Positions 48,161 to 57,406 of a stretch of 64,000 nucleotides of DNA are shown piece after piece. The stretch is from a virus: positions 34,635 through 98,634 of IMG/VR virus record IMGVR_UViG_3300006990_004842; one strand, written 5' to 3'. The notes below the pieces were generated by a model that saw only the letters and a program-made list of their open reading frames with translations, was not told where the DNA came from and did no database searches. Made by a program: the position numbers and the translations under genes. Position 1 is the first letter of the stretch. Each line of letters begins with the position of its first letter.

Positions 48161-48873
48161 TATATACCTGCTTGTTCACATGTGTCTTTAATTGCTTGAA
48201 CCTCATCTGGATTCTTTGCAAATACTTTAAGCCAAAATTGAGCATCAATAACATGCTCAATCATTTTGACTTGTTCACTGCTAAACCTTGTTAGCAATTG
48301 GTCTCCAGTGTTGCTCAAATAGATCAACCATGGGGATATTTTTACAGCTCTGATATCATGAACTGCTCTTGGAGCACTAACTAGTGTAAAATATTCAGTC
48401 CAATCAGCATCATTATCATTCGCCCACTCAGTGAGATAAATTACACTACGTTCTAATGCTCTCAATCCTGGTTCTTTCTTTACATACTGTAACAAGAACT
48501 CATCATACAGTTTATCTTTACTCCAGTCTGCTAATTTCTTAGCATTCTTAATCAACCATTCTGCAAACTTTTCTGGTTCTAAATATTCATTGCGAATACA
48601 ACTACGACCAAACTTAGTAAAACCTTCATAGTATTGGCTACGGATAAAGTCTTCCATAGTCTTTGGCTTACTTACAGTTGTGTTCAACTCATAGAACATT
48701 TGAAATACACGATAACCTAATCTAACGTGTGTCATATCTTTGTCTGCCCAACGTCTTTTACGTGGACACATGTGAGCGGCTAGTGTGCGTTCGCTACGAA
48801 AAGTTTTTTCGCACCACTTACACTTATTATCACTTTCCAAAGATATCTTTGATTGCTTTGTCATCGTAACCAT
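48160..48873 (-). CDS. Zinc-finger hypothetical protein (start uncertain)
   Basis: CKWCEKTF......AHMC. Confidence 0.6.
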   Translation of the reverse strand: MVTMTKQSKISLESDNKCKWCEKTFRSERTLAAHMCPRKRRWADKDMTHVRLGYRVFQMFYELNTTVSKPKTMEDFIRSQYYEGFTKFGRSCIRNEYLEPEKFAEWLIKNAKKLADWSKDKLYDEFLLQYVKKEPGLRALERSVIYLTEWANDNDADWTEYFTLVSAPRAVHDIRAVKISPWLIYLSNTGDQLLTRFSSEQVKMIEHVIDAQFWLKVFAKNPDEVQAIKDTCEQAGI

Positions 48874-49300
48874 GTGCTTCTGCTAATTGTTTTAATTCAT
48901 CTTTAGTGTTTATATCTAATATCATTTCCAACTCATCTGATTTGAGTGTGGGAAACAAGTCTGATAAAAACTCTGTAACCTTGTTCTTTTTCTTTCTGCT
49001 GTTTGGTGGCTTGATGTAAGGATGAAATTCTATCTTACCTGTGCCACACATACTCATCAACATCCATTGCAATTCTGGGTGCTTGTAAATCTCTTCAAAA
49101 TTTTTGTTTACAAGTTCATTAACCATAAAAATAAAATGTGCGGCATTCTTGCCTTGCACACTACTTGCATATCTCATCATCATCCATGTGCTAAATGCTT
49201 TTGTCTGTTCAGCATTTAGTCTATTATACCAACCTTTGTCTCTTTTGTCAATGGCGGCCATAACAGTTTTCAATGGCAATGCTGGTTGCTTCTTAGGCAT
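48830..49300 (-). CDS. Probable clamp-loader small subunit (gp62-like)
   Basis: F..WMMMRYAS...NE..N...HPELQW pattern, size and GK C-terminus resemble gp62-like proteins. Confidence 0.5.
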   Translation of the reverse strand: MPKKQPALPLKTVMAAIDKRDKGWYNRLNAEQTKAFSTWMMMRYASSVQGKNAAHFIFMVNELVNKNFEEIYKHPELQWMLMSMCGTGKIEFHPYIKPPNSRKKKNKVTEFLSDLFPTLKSDELEMILDINTKDELKQLAEAHGYDDKAIKDIFGK

Positions 49301-49820
49301 GATAGTCCTTGTAGATTGTAATAAAGTGTTCTTCGCCCTTTGCAACATTGTCTAGCCAACTTGTATCTGCACTGTCGTCTGCATTGTCGCTTACATACTT
49401 GTAACATTTGAAATCAATGCCTCTTTGCTGACAGGCTTTTGCAATAGCAAATGCCTCCATATCAACAACGTGAGCTGGTATTTCTAAATCTGGATCTGTA
49501 ACAAAGTTATCTCCTGTGCTACATGTATACCCAATACCATTTGAAATAGTAATTGGATCTTTTGGTAACATCATTTCTATTGCCTCAGGACACTTGCCTT
49601 TATCTCGTTCAACAAAGTTAACCATTTCATGGCATCCTTCTTTTAACACAATACCACCTGCTGTTCCAAAATTCCAAACTCTAATTGGCTTGAACTTCTG
49701 TATTAACCTAGCGGCTGTTAGTGCGGCATTGATTTTACCTACACCAGTAAAAAATACATTATCCCATTTGGCCATGTTAGGTGCCTCATGTTCTAATGCT
49801 ATTAAAATTAAGTCTTTCAT
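49293..49820 (-). CDS. mtnN: MTA/SAH nucleosidase-like enzyme (PNP_UDP_1 family)
   Basis: ALEHE, GVGKINAA, NFGTAG, STGDNF, VDMEAFA, YVSDNAD. Confidence 0.8.
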   Translation of the reverse strand: MKDLILIALEHEAPNMAKWDNVFFTGVGKINAALTAARLIQKFKPIRVWNFGTAGGIVLKEGCHEMVNFVERDKGKCPEAIEMMLPKDPITISNGIGYTCSTGDNFVTDPDLEIPAHVVDMEAFAIAKACQQRGIDFKCYKYVSDNADDSADTSWLDNVAKGEEHFITIYKDYHA

Positions 49821-50347
49821 TCGTTTATATCCATGACGCTGAATGTTTCCACTCCGCAATAGTCCTTTAGTTTAGCAGTTCCTTCTAAGAAAGTCAAGTC
49901 TATTATGCAGGCATAATTTATATCATATCCTCCTGCTTGTTTAATTAATTCTACCATAGCATTAGCAGTACCACCTGTAGCACTTACATCATCTACAATG
50001 CATATTCTATCAGTGTATGCAAACTGAACACTGTCTAGCATTTCTAAAGTTTCTTCACCGTACTCTAATGTGTATGAATATGACTTTACTTTGCCCGGCA
50101 ATTTACCAGGCTTACGAACAATGTGTAAAGGGATGCCTAATGCTAGTGCAACAGGAGCACCCCATATAAAGCCACGAGCATCGGGTGCAACAATCTGTGT
50201 TGCTTTGATACTTCTGCAATATGCAACGACCTTATCTACAGTGTACTTAAATGCTTTTGGGTCTTCGAGTATGCTTGATATATCTTTGAACATGACTCCC
50301 TCTATTGGGAAGTCAGGTACAGTACGGAGTATTTTATTGAGATCCAT
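49817..50347 (-). CDS. apt: Adenine phosphoribosyltransferase
   Basis: PDFP..GVMFKDI, ARGF, RKPGKLP, Y.LEYG, VDDVSATGGT. Confidence 0.93.
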   Translation of the reverse strand: MDLNKILRTVPDFPIEGVMFKDISSILEDPKAFKYTVDKVVAYCRSIKATQIVAPDARGFIWGAPVALALGIPLHIVRKPGKLPGKVKSYSYTLEYGEETLEMLDSVQFAYTDRICIVDDVSATGGTANAMVELIKQAGGYDINYACIIDLTFLEGTAKLKDYCGVETFSVMDINE

Positions 50348-50832
50348 TACTGAGGGAACACCCTTAGAGGACAATTTTGAGAATACCTTCTCTTTTGAAT
50401 ATGTCCACTTAAAATAACTTTGTCTCCTGTGGTAAATGTGTAATCACCTGCTTCTTGTGATACACTGATTCCTGACCCACCATTGTGTATATCTACAAAC
50501 AACATCACACCTGGTCTCGACATACCTTGTCCAACTCTATTACCAATTGCATTTCCTATTGCGACACCTGCTCCTGTTGCAAGTACTTTTGCTAATTCGC
50601 TTTCGTCCTTTGCAACACGATTACCAACGTAACCACCAGTAATAGCACCTGCGGCTTGTGCTGTTTCAACATCGCCTTCTATGATAATATCCTTAACAGA
50701 TATAACTGTACCGGTTACAAACGGACATGGCTCTCTGGCCTCATCACGTTTAGTTACTTCAGGTTTAAGACTGCCACCAACCGCACAACCTGTGAGTGCT
50801 AAAATTAACAACGTACTTAATAATACTCTCAT
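50347..50832 (-). CDS. SlyB-like outer-membrane lipoprotein (glycine zipper)
   Basis: Lipobox LTGC, GA..GG..G glycine zipper, ISVSQ...F..GD.V. Confidence 0.7.
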   Translation of the reverse strand: MRVLLSTLLILALTGCAVGGSLKPEVTKRDEAREPCPFVTGTVISVKDIIIEGDVETAQAAGAITGGYVGNRVAKDESELAKVLATGAGVAIGNAIGNRVGQGMSRPGVMLFVDIHNGGSGISVSQEAGDYTFTTGDKVILSGHIQKRRYSQNCPLRVFPQ

Positions 50833-50840
50833 AATATCTC

Positions 50841-51941
50841 CTAGAACAAATTAACTTGTTCCCAAGGTAAATCTGCTTTACCAAAATGACCATAATTAGT
50901 TGTGGTCGTTAAATCTAGACCAAACAAGTCAAACCTATCAATGATACCTTTGGGTGTTAAGTCTACTAATTGTTGAATTTCGTGTGCTAAGTCAGTTCTA
51001 ACTTTGCCATCTGCATACACATAAACACTAGTTGGTTCTTTGATACCAATAGCATAACTTAATTGTACTGTGGCATTCTGTGCTTTACCACTTGCTACAA
51101 TGTTCTTAGCCAAGTAACGTGCCATGTAAGCCGCACTTCTGTCTACCTTGGTACAGTCTTTGCCACTGAATGCTCCGCCACCGTGCGGTGCGTAACCGCC
51201 GTAAGTATCAACAATAATCTTTCTACCAGTTAATCCTGTGTCACCATCTGGACCACCAACAACAAACTTGCCAGTTGGATTGATCAAGTATTCAGTATTC
51301 TCATCAATTGGTGCATTACATTCTTGTAATGCTTTTACTACTAATTGTCTAATAGCATCACGAGTGTGTTCAAGTGGATAGTCTTCTGTGTGCTGACTGC
51401 TACAAACAACTTTGCTAATTCTTAGAGGTGTATTAATGTCTGCATATTCCATAGTGACTTGACTTTTGCTGTCTGGTCCTAACCATGTACTTGCTTTATT
51501 TCTTTCTTGCTCTAAAAATTTTAGAATCTTGTGACTGTAATAAATTGCACTAGGCATGTAATCTTCTGTTTCATTACATGCATATCCAAACATCAGTCCT
51601 TGGTCACCAGCACCAAACGTGTCTGTGCCTAATGCAATATCAGGTGATTGTCCGTGTAGTTCATTGTAAACTGTTAGTGTAGCCCAATGGAAGCCATCTT
51701 GCTCGTAACCAATTTCTTTTACTACGTCTCTGACAATTTTTTCAATTGCCATTTTGTTAAATTTATCACTCTTGTACTCACCTGCCAATGTAACCATGTT
51801 GGTAGTAACCAGTGTTTCTACAGCCGCTCTGTGGCTTAGTTTTCCATCAATTAAAAATGTTGCTACAGCATCTGAAATATGATCTGCAACTTTATCCGGG
51901 TGTCCAATACTTACACTTTCGCTAGTAAATTGGTAACTCAT
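50841..51941 (-). CDS. metK: S-adenosylmethionine synthetase
   Basis: FTSESV..GHPDK, GAGDQG, GLTGRKI, GGGAFSGKD. Confidence 0.96.
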   Translation of the reverse strand: MSYQFTSESVSIGHPDKVADHISDAVATFLIDGKLSHRAAVETLVTTNMVTLAGEYKSDKFNKMAIEKIVRDVVKEIGYEQDGFHWATLTVYNELHGQSPDIALGTDTFGAGDQGLMFGYACNETEDYMPSAIYYSHKILKFLEQERNKASTWLGPDSKSQVTMEYADINTPLRISKVVCSSQHTEDYPLEHTRDAIRQLVVKALQECNAPIDENTEYLINPTGKFVVGGPDGDTGLTGRKIIVDTYGGYAPHGGGAFSGKDCTKVDRSAAYMARYLAKNIVASGKAQNATVQLSYAIGIKEPTSVYVYADGKVRTDLAHEIQQLVDLTPKGIIDRFDLFGLDLTTTTNYGHFGKADLPWEQVNLF

Positions 51942-52435
51942 ACTAAATCTCCTATGTCTAAATCTGATACCTTGTTAAACTCCTTGACAAAAAATGCACA
52001 TCTGGGTTTCGGCTTATCCTCTAATGGTATTGCTAGTAAATGACCATTTTTTAGTTTAGGAAAGTACCATTTTACATCTTGGTAAATGTTCGTTATACTT
52101 ATTTCAAAACTGTCTGGTATCTTGTTACTTAATGGATTCATTGCTAATGCTCTAAACCCTCTATTGTTGAGACTTGTCAACGGCAAACATTCAACGCCGC
52201 CATAGTCCTCGTCACATAAAAGTATACTCCAATCCATTGGCATCTGTACATTATAATCACCAATCTGTAAACAAATTGCTGGGGCATAAAAACTTTCTAA
52301 AAAGATCAATGGTAAAAAATAAAAATCAACATCATCTGAATCACTGGCATCTAATGCACAGTATCGTAAATCATCAATTTCTTCTGGCACCGTATCTAAA
52401 TCATACGGCAGATTTTCAATAGTTAATATCTTCAT
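51938..52435 (-). CDS. Hypothetical protein
   Basis: Coupled (ATGA overlaps) between uvsW and metK. Confidence 0.7.
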   Translation of the reverse strand: MKILTIENLPYDLDTVPEEIDDLRYCALDASDSDDVDFYFLPLIFLESFYAPAICLQIGDYNVQMPMDWSILLCDEDYGGVECLPLTSLNNRGFRALAMNPLSNKIPDSFEISITNIYQDVKWYFPKLKNGHLLAIPLEDKPKPRCAFFVKEFNKVSDLDIGDLV

Positions 52436-53889
52436 TTATACTCCACTTTGGTTACAGTGTGACGAAAGTTCTGCTCCTTGTAATATGTCTTTCTTTTAGT
52501 TAGGTGTCGTCTACTGTATTTTAAGTTACTTGTTATGTCAATTATGTTAACATAATCTTTATCTTCTGCTTTTCGAATACCCCTTCCGATACTCTGTATG
52601 ACTCTTACAAAACTTTTACCTGGCTCTAATAGAACCAAATTAAATATCCTTGGTATATTAATACCAACTGCCGCAACGCCATATGTTGCAACAATAACCT
52701 TATTGTTCATCTCAGATATTTCATCATACTCAGATTGTCTATCCTTGACTTTCATACCACCACTAACAAATGCCCAATCAGGATTCATCTCAGAAAATAT
52801 TTCTCCAGTTTTAATTCTATCAATTAATACTAGTGTGTTTCCATGAGTAGACAACTCTTTAATCACAGTTGAGAGATGTGTGAGTCTATCAATGTCAGTT
52901 GTGAGCCACTTTAATTCTTGTGCATAACTGTTGAATCCTAGAGGACCATCTTGCATTTGTAATATACTAATGTCGAGGTCTGCTAGTACGCCCATATCTT
53001 GTAACTCTTTACTACTGAGCTCTCCTATAACTGGACCTAATGCACATACACAACCAACTGCTTCATGTTCATCCTTTGGTATTGTTCCAGTAAGTCCCCA
53101 ACGAATAGGAACGTTCTTAAACATACCACTCAACTGATCTCTGAGTACATCTGCTTTGGCTTTGTGTACTTCGTCTACCATAATGCAAACTACGTCCTCT
53201 AAGAATACATCTAGGTCAACTTCGGCTTCACCAGCCTTTGTTTTCTTTTCTAATACTGCAAGACTTTGCCATGTACAAATTGTATGTGTCTTGTCATATT
53301 CTTTTCTGTCACCAAACAGTACACCAACATCCATACCTAAATTCTTATAATCTTTTTCTGTTTGTACAACCAAGTCTTTGTTAGGTACAATAACAATAGT
53401 CCTGCCATAGTCTTGACACTTGTGACTAAGTACAGCAGTGATTAAAGTTTTACCTGCACCAGTTGCAATTTGTTGCAAACATTGAGGATTAGAAAGGAAT
53501 CTATTAATTGCTTCTACTTGATAGTCTCTTAATATAATAGGCAAGCCTTCTGCTGGATGATTCTTTGGCCACGCAATGTGATCAAAACTACTTGCTTCAA
53601 CAGGTTCAAAGTTGAAATCCCAACTCTGTCTATTATCAACTACCTCAACATTGTAACCTTCTTTGGTTACTATTGGTAGCAGTTGATCAAGTAGGTTGAG
53701 ATATGTTCTACCGCCTATATCGCAAAATCGAACACAACCATCCCATCTACCTAATTTGTATGCTGGCATATGATAAGCATACGGCAAAAAGTATTTCACT
53801 GCATCTGAAATCTTGCGTCTTGTTTTAACATCAAGTCCAACAAATTTAACGTTGACTTCGTCTCTAATTTCTAAAGTTACTTTTGCCAT
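52432..53889 (-). CDS. uvsW: SF2 DNA helicase (UvsW-like)
   Basis: GRWDG, LRDYQ, ATGAGKT, DEVH, TGT, QSIGRG.R. Confidence 0.88.
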   Translation of the reverse strand: MAKVTLEIRDEVNVKFVGLDVKTRRKISDAVKYFLPYAYHMPAYKLGRWDGCVRFCDIGGRTYLNLLDQLLPIVTKEGYNVEVVDNRQSWDFNFEPVEASSFDHIAWPKNHPAEGLPIILRDYQVEAINRFLSNPQCLQQIATGAGKTLITAVLSHKCQDYGRTIVIVPNKDLVVQTEKDYKNLGMDVGVLFGDRKEYDKTHTICTWQSLAVLEKKTKAGEAEVDLDVFLEDVVCIMVDEVHKAKADVLRDQLSGMFKNVPIRWGLTGTIPKDEHEAVGCVCALGPVIGELSSKELQDMGVLADLDISILQMQDGPLGFNSYAQELKWLTTDIDRLTHLSTVIKELSTHGNTLVLIDRIKTGEIFSEMNPDWAFVSGGMKVKDRQSEYDEISEMNNKVIVATYGVAAVGINIPRIFNLVLLEPGKSFVRVIQSIGRGIRKAEDKDYVNIIDITSNLKYSRRHLTKRKTYYKEQNFRHTVTKVEYK

Positions 53890-53896
53890 ATACTAT

Positions 53897-53925
53897 ATTT
53901 TATCTTATCTCAATGAAAAAGTCAA
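53897..53925 (-). promoter_or_regulatory. Sigma70 promoter (leaderless uvsW; heads the uvsW-metK-apt-mtnN-thyX operon)
   Basis: TTGACT-N17-TAAAAT, 7 nt before the ATG. Confidence 0.6.
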
Positions 53926-55521
53926 GAAGATTTTTTGTCCACCGACATTATATCCTGGAAGTATTTCAGTTACATCATCAAGTAAGTCTTGTACTGTTAA
54001 AGAAACTTCAAACTTGTCTGAAACTTTTCTTGTTAGCACAAAGTCTATTGAGGATATATCTTCTAATACTGCACCATCATATGGCCCAGGTTCTCTTTCA
54101 AACTGCCCACGGTATCTAAGTTCAGCAGTTGAATTTCCAAAACTTGCAAAATATGACACACTGCCTTTGTACTCAGGTACTCTAGGTTGATCTGTATCTG
54201 TGTATGCTAAGAATACATTTAGACTTCCATATGGTACTGGATACGTATCTTGGAACCTAATACCTTTTGTGTCGTACTTTCCTGTGTTTACATACTGGCT
54301 AATAGTTCCGTCATAGTCAATGTTTTCTTCAAACTTGTAACTGAACAATGAGAAACCTATGTAACCAAGTTCAATACCCATACCTTCTTCTGGTTGTAGA
54401 TTTGGATTTGGTTGTACCCATGAATCTCCATACTGCTGATACAATGTTGGATTTCTATAACTAGTACTGAAGTTACCATAAAGCCCTTCTAACTCATACC
54501 CAACACGATAAACTGTTGCATCTTCACTAATACGAGCACCAACTTGAAAAGTATCTCTAAAGTTAATAGTTGCATAACCACTAACATTATCTTGGTTTTC
54601 ACCAGCGTATTCTTCTTTGTCGTAAGTAATACCTGCAATAAGTTTTGCTGGTGGATAACCTAGTTCAAAAGATTCTCTGGCATCAAAGTAATAACGTTTT
54701 GCATCACTTTGCCAAGTGCTAACACCTTCAGTGAAGTATTCGCTATCTGTGTTACTGTAACCAAGAGTTAGATTGTTATTTCTAATACTGATATCAGTTT
54801 TCTCGCCGGACTGTAAACAATCATTTGACTGTGAAAACGATGCAGTATAGCAGTTGTCATAGTCATAATCATAATCAACATGTGACATTGCCACTGTGAA
54901 TCCTAGCACATCTTTAACTGACTTAATGGTTGTGTTTTTGTAATCATCTTGTTCAGTGTTATCATTACGCACACTGTCATTGACTACATCAAACGATGTA
55001 ATACTAATTGCATCAAACAGTGCTACATTTAGCAATCGGTGATCTTCACCAATTCTTACAACACCTTGATTTGATATCTCATCATTAATAAACACAGTAC
55101 CACCAAGACTACCAGAGCCATAAAGAACACCGTTTGGTCCACTAACAACTTTTACTGATTCCAACCCACTAACAATATCATGTGCAAAGTCATACCAACC
55201 TGCACCTGCATCATTAACCGGGACACCATTTCTGTAAACAGTTGTGTGTACTGTTTGAGCACCACGCTCATTGAATAATGCCGCACCGCCATAACCACCT
55301 GCAACAAATGATGTTGCTGGCATTAATGTTTCAATCAAAGAAAGATCCTGGGATACATCAGTTGCGTCTAGTATTTCTAAACTACCGACAACCACAATTT
55401 CTTCTATGTAGTCATTATTATTTTCTTCTGCCTTTAGATCAAATGCAATCATCATCACTAACATAATAAATGCCGTTATATATAATGGCATAAAGTTTTT
55501 ATCAAAATTTCCTAGTTTCAT
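53905..55521 (-). CDS. TonB-dependent outer-membrane receptor (BtuB-like, compact)
   Basis: Signal peptide, TonB box EEIVVVG, plug motifs NGVPVND and V.VVSGPNGVLYGS..LGG.V, barrel SYRNPTL.Q.Y. Confidence 0.85.
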   Translation of the reverse strand: MKLGNFDKNFMPLYITAFIMLVMMIAFDLKAEENNNDYIEEIVVVGSLEILDATDVSQDLSLIETLMPATSFVAGGYGGAALFNERGAQTVHTTVYRNGVPVNDAGAGWYDFAHDIVSGLESVKVVSGPNGVLYGSGSLGGTVFINDEISNQGVVRIGEDHRLLNVALFDAISITSFDVVNDSVRNDNTEQDDYKNTTIKSVKDVLGFTVAMSHVDYDYDYDNCYTASFSQSNDCLQSGEKTDISIRNNNLTLGYSNTDSEYFTEGVSTWQSDAKRYYFDARESFELGYPPAKLIAGITYDKEEYAGENQDNVSGYATINFRDTFQVGARISEDATVYRVGYELEGLYGNFSTSYRNPTLYQQYGDSWVQPNPNLQPEEGMGIELGYIGFSLFSYKFEENIDYDGTISQYVNTGKYDTKGIRFQDTYPVPYGSLNVFLAYTDTDQPRVPEYKGSVSYFASFGNSTAELRYRGQFEREPGPYDGAVLEDISSIDFVLTRKVSDKFEVSLTVQDLLDDVTEILPGYNVGGQKIFLTFSLR

Positions 55522-55547
55522 TTTACCTCTTATTGTTATAATAAAGT

Positions 55548-55573
55548 ACCCCCCGAAGTTATCTCCGGGGGGT
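55548..55573 (-). terminator. GC-rich hairpin terminator
   Basis: ACCCCCCG...CGGGGGGT downstream of the ATPase gene. Confidence 0.7.
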
Positions 55574-55602
55574 TTGTGTTGCTACACTATTGTGGGAGAA
55601 TG

Positions 55603-56625
55603 TTATGCAACACGTTTCATACAGGTTGATTCTGCAAGTTCTTTCCAAGTGTCTGGACTCATTTGTCGTAAGTCAGCAATCTTGAGAACCATCCTGAGTG
55701 AAATTTCACGTAATCTTGCACTCTTCAATAACATGAAGTCTACAATTTCAGTATTCTCATCTGGTGTCCAACCATATTCATCGAGCATACCATCACGTAC
55801 AATTTGATTGATTCTTATGAAACGATCTTCCACACTATCCATTTCCAAATCAATGTAGTGACAACGTGACATCAAAGCCGCTAAGTGATCTTGAATCTTC
55901 TTAGAACGAACATTCTCAAAGTTCACGTTAGTGATAAAGATCACGCCACCTTTGAAGTCAAACCTATCAGGTATACCTTCCCTACGCAAAGCCACTGATT
56001 CTGATTTCCAAGAAATAGTTCTCTTCTTACCGGAGTCAAGTACTGCCTTCAACATGTTCAAGCAAACCTCGTCAAACAAGATGCTGTCACAGTCGTCAAA
56101 CACAAGGATGTCACCTTTTGCTGAATTGTTGTAAAGAGTTTGAAACAAACCAATTGGTGTCATTGAGCCTTTGACAACTTCAGTTCTAGGCGGCTTGTTA
56201 GACAATTTTTGCATCATGTCATATTCGTCTAGAATCTTTTCAACACCAAAGGACTTACCAACTCCAGGAGGGCCACTTACAATAAGACCTCTAACAACAC
56301 CGTTTGCCACAGCATCAGTCATCTCATCGAGGATATTGAATCTACGTTTGATTCTATCCATAGCCTCTTCTACAGTTTCTTTTTTCTCAGCCTTTACAGG
56401 AGTTTCCTCAGCAACCTCACCAACATACTCAACATGTTTTGGATCTTCGAGTAAAACTCTAATAGCAGTTTTGTCTGGACCTAATACCTTGCTGGCATCT
56501 ACAGTTACAAACAAACCTTTCTTACCGAATGTACTAGGCTTGACCAACGGAAACACAGTATCAGTGATAGGTGCATTTCTGTAAGTGCCTTGGATAATTC
56601 GAACTTGCTTTTGCGTATTTTTCAT
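55603..56625 (-). CDS. P-loop AAA+-like ATPase
   Basis: GPPGVGKS, VFDDCD, FITN, SR. GGAGG SD. Confidence 0.8.
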   Translation of the reverse strand: MKNTQKQVRIIQGTYRNAPITDTVFPLVKPSTFGKKGLFVTVDASKVLGPDKTAIRVLLEDPKHVEYVGEVAEETPVKAEKKETVEEAMDRIKRRFNILDEMTDAVANGVVRGLIVSGPPGVGKSFGVEKILDEYDMMQKLSNKPPRTEVVKGSMTPIGLFQTLYNNSAKGDILVFDDCDSILFDEVCLNMLKAVLDSGKKRTISWKSESVALRREGIPDRFDFKGGVIFITNVNFENVRSKKIQDHLAALMSRCHYIDLEMDSVEDRFIRINQIVRDGMLDEYGWTPDENTEIVDFMLLKSARLREISLRMVLKIADLRQMSPDTWKELAESTCMKRVA

Positions 56626-56662
56626 AATTTTGCCTCCCACAGCAATTAATTAATATACATAT

Positions 56663-56690
56663 AGTATAACATCTTTTAGGATGTTGTCAA
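56663..56690 (-). promoter_or_regulatory. Early promoter
   Basis: AAAGG-TTGACA-N16-TATACT. Confidence 0.7.
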
Positions 56691-56695
56691 CCTTT

Positions 56696-57202
56696 TTATG
56701 CTACCTGTTTGTTAGATTCAAACCACTGAGTAAGTCCTGCATAGTTTACAGACTGCTGGTTGTCCATCAAGAACGTTTGAGCATAATCCTTCTGCTCACC
56801 ACCCCTTGCCATAGTCCACGACTCTGTCTTCTTGAGGATTTCACGACGCATGTAGCCCATGTCACCGTTATCAGAAACACGAACAGCATTCCACAACTTG
56901 CTCTCTGTGTCGAAGAACATAACAATGGGAGATTCCCATTCTTCGCATACAACTGCATCATCTTCTTCGATGCTCCAGTCCAGGATGTACTCCTCAAACA
57001 TCTCGCTCTTGCTCTCAATGAGCAGGCTCAATGTAGGGATACCGTGCTGAGCAATCTTGTTGACTGCCTTGCCACTAAGACCCTCGACAACATACGTGTT
57101 GCCACCCTTGAACTTCCAGTACTGAGGACATTCGCCCTCACCGTCCCAATCATGGGCACCGTAGTTCTCTTTGTGTTGGGTTTGAATAACTAACTTTGAC
57201 AT
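56696..57202 (-). CDS. Early hypothetical protein
   Basis: TQHKENYGAHDWDG.GECPQYWKFKGG. Has its own promoter and SD. Confidence 0.75.
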   Translation of the reverse strand: MSKLVIQTQHKENYGAHDWDGEGECPQYWKFKGGNTYVVEGLSGKAVNKIAQHGIPTLSLLIESKSEMFEEYILDWSIEEDDAVVCEEWESPIVMFFDTESKLWNAVRVSDNGDMGYMRREILKKTESWTMARGGEQKDYAQTFLMDNQQSVNYAGLTQWFESNKQVA

Positions 57203-57237
57203 ACCTTTCTACTCCTGTTTTCTCAAACTATGCATAT

Positions 57238-57265
57238 ATTATAGCAAATTTACAGGTTTTGTCAA
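57238..57265 (-). promoter_or_regulatory. Early promoter
   Basis: GG-TTGACA-N16-TATAAT with extended -10 TG. Confidence 0.75.
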
Positions 57266-57302
57266 CCGGATTATTTCACTAGTAGAATCAATGACTTAGA
57301 GG

Positions 57303-57377
<75 letters not shown>

Positions 57378-57384
57378 AAAAATA

Positions 57385-57406
57385 ACCCCCAGTTGCTTCT
57401 GGGGGT
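57385..57406 (-). terminator. Hairpin (terminator or processing site) just upstream of tRNA-Glu
   Basis: ACCCCCAG-N6-CTGGGGGT followed by TATTTTT on minus. Confidence 0.55.

Noticed and set aside
49293-55521. Host chromosomal DNA (metK, apt, TBDR) joined to the phage contig
   Set aside because: These genes are interleaved and overlapping with uvsW, the gp62-like gene and thyX, on the same strand and with similar composition. Read-level confirmation is still advisable.
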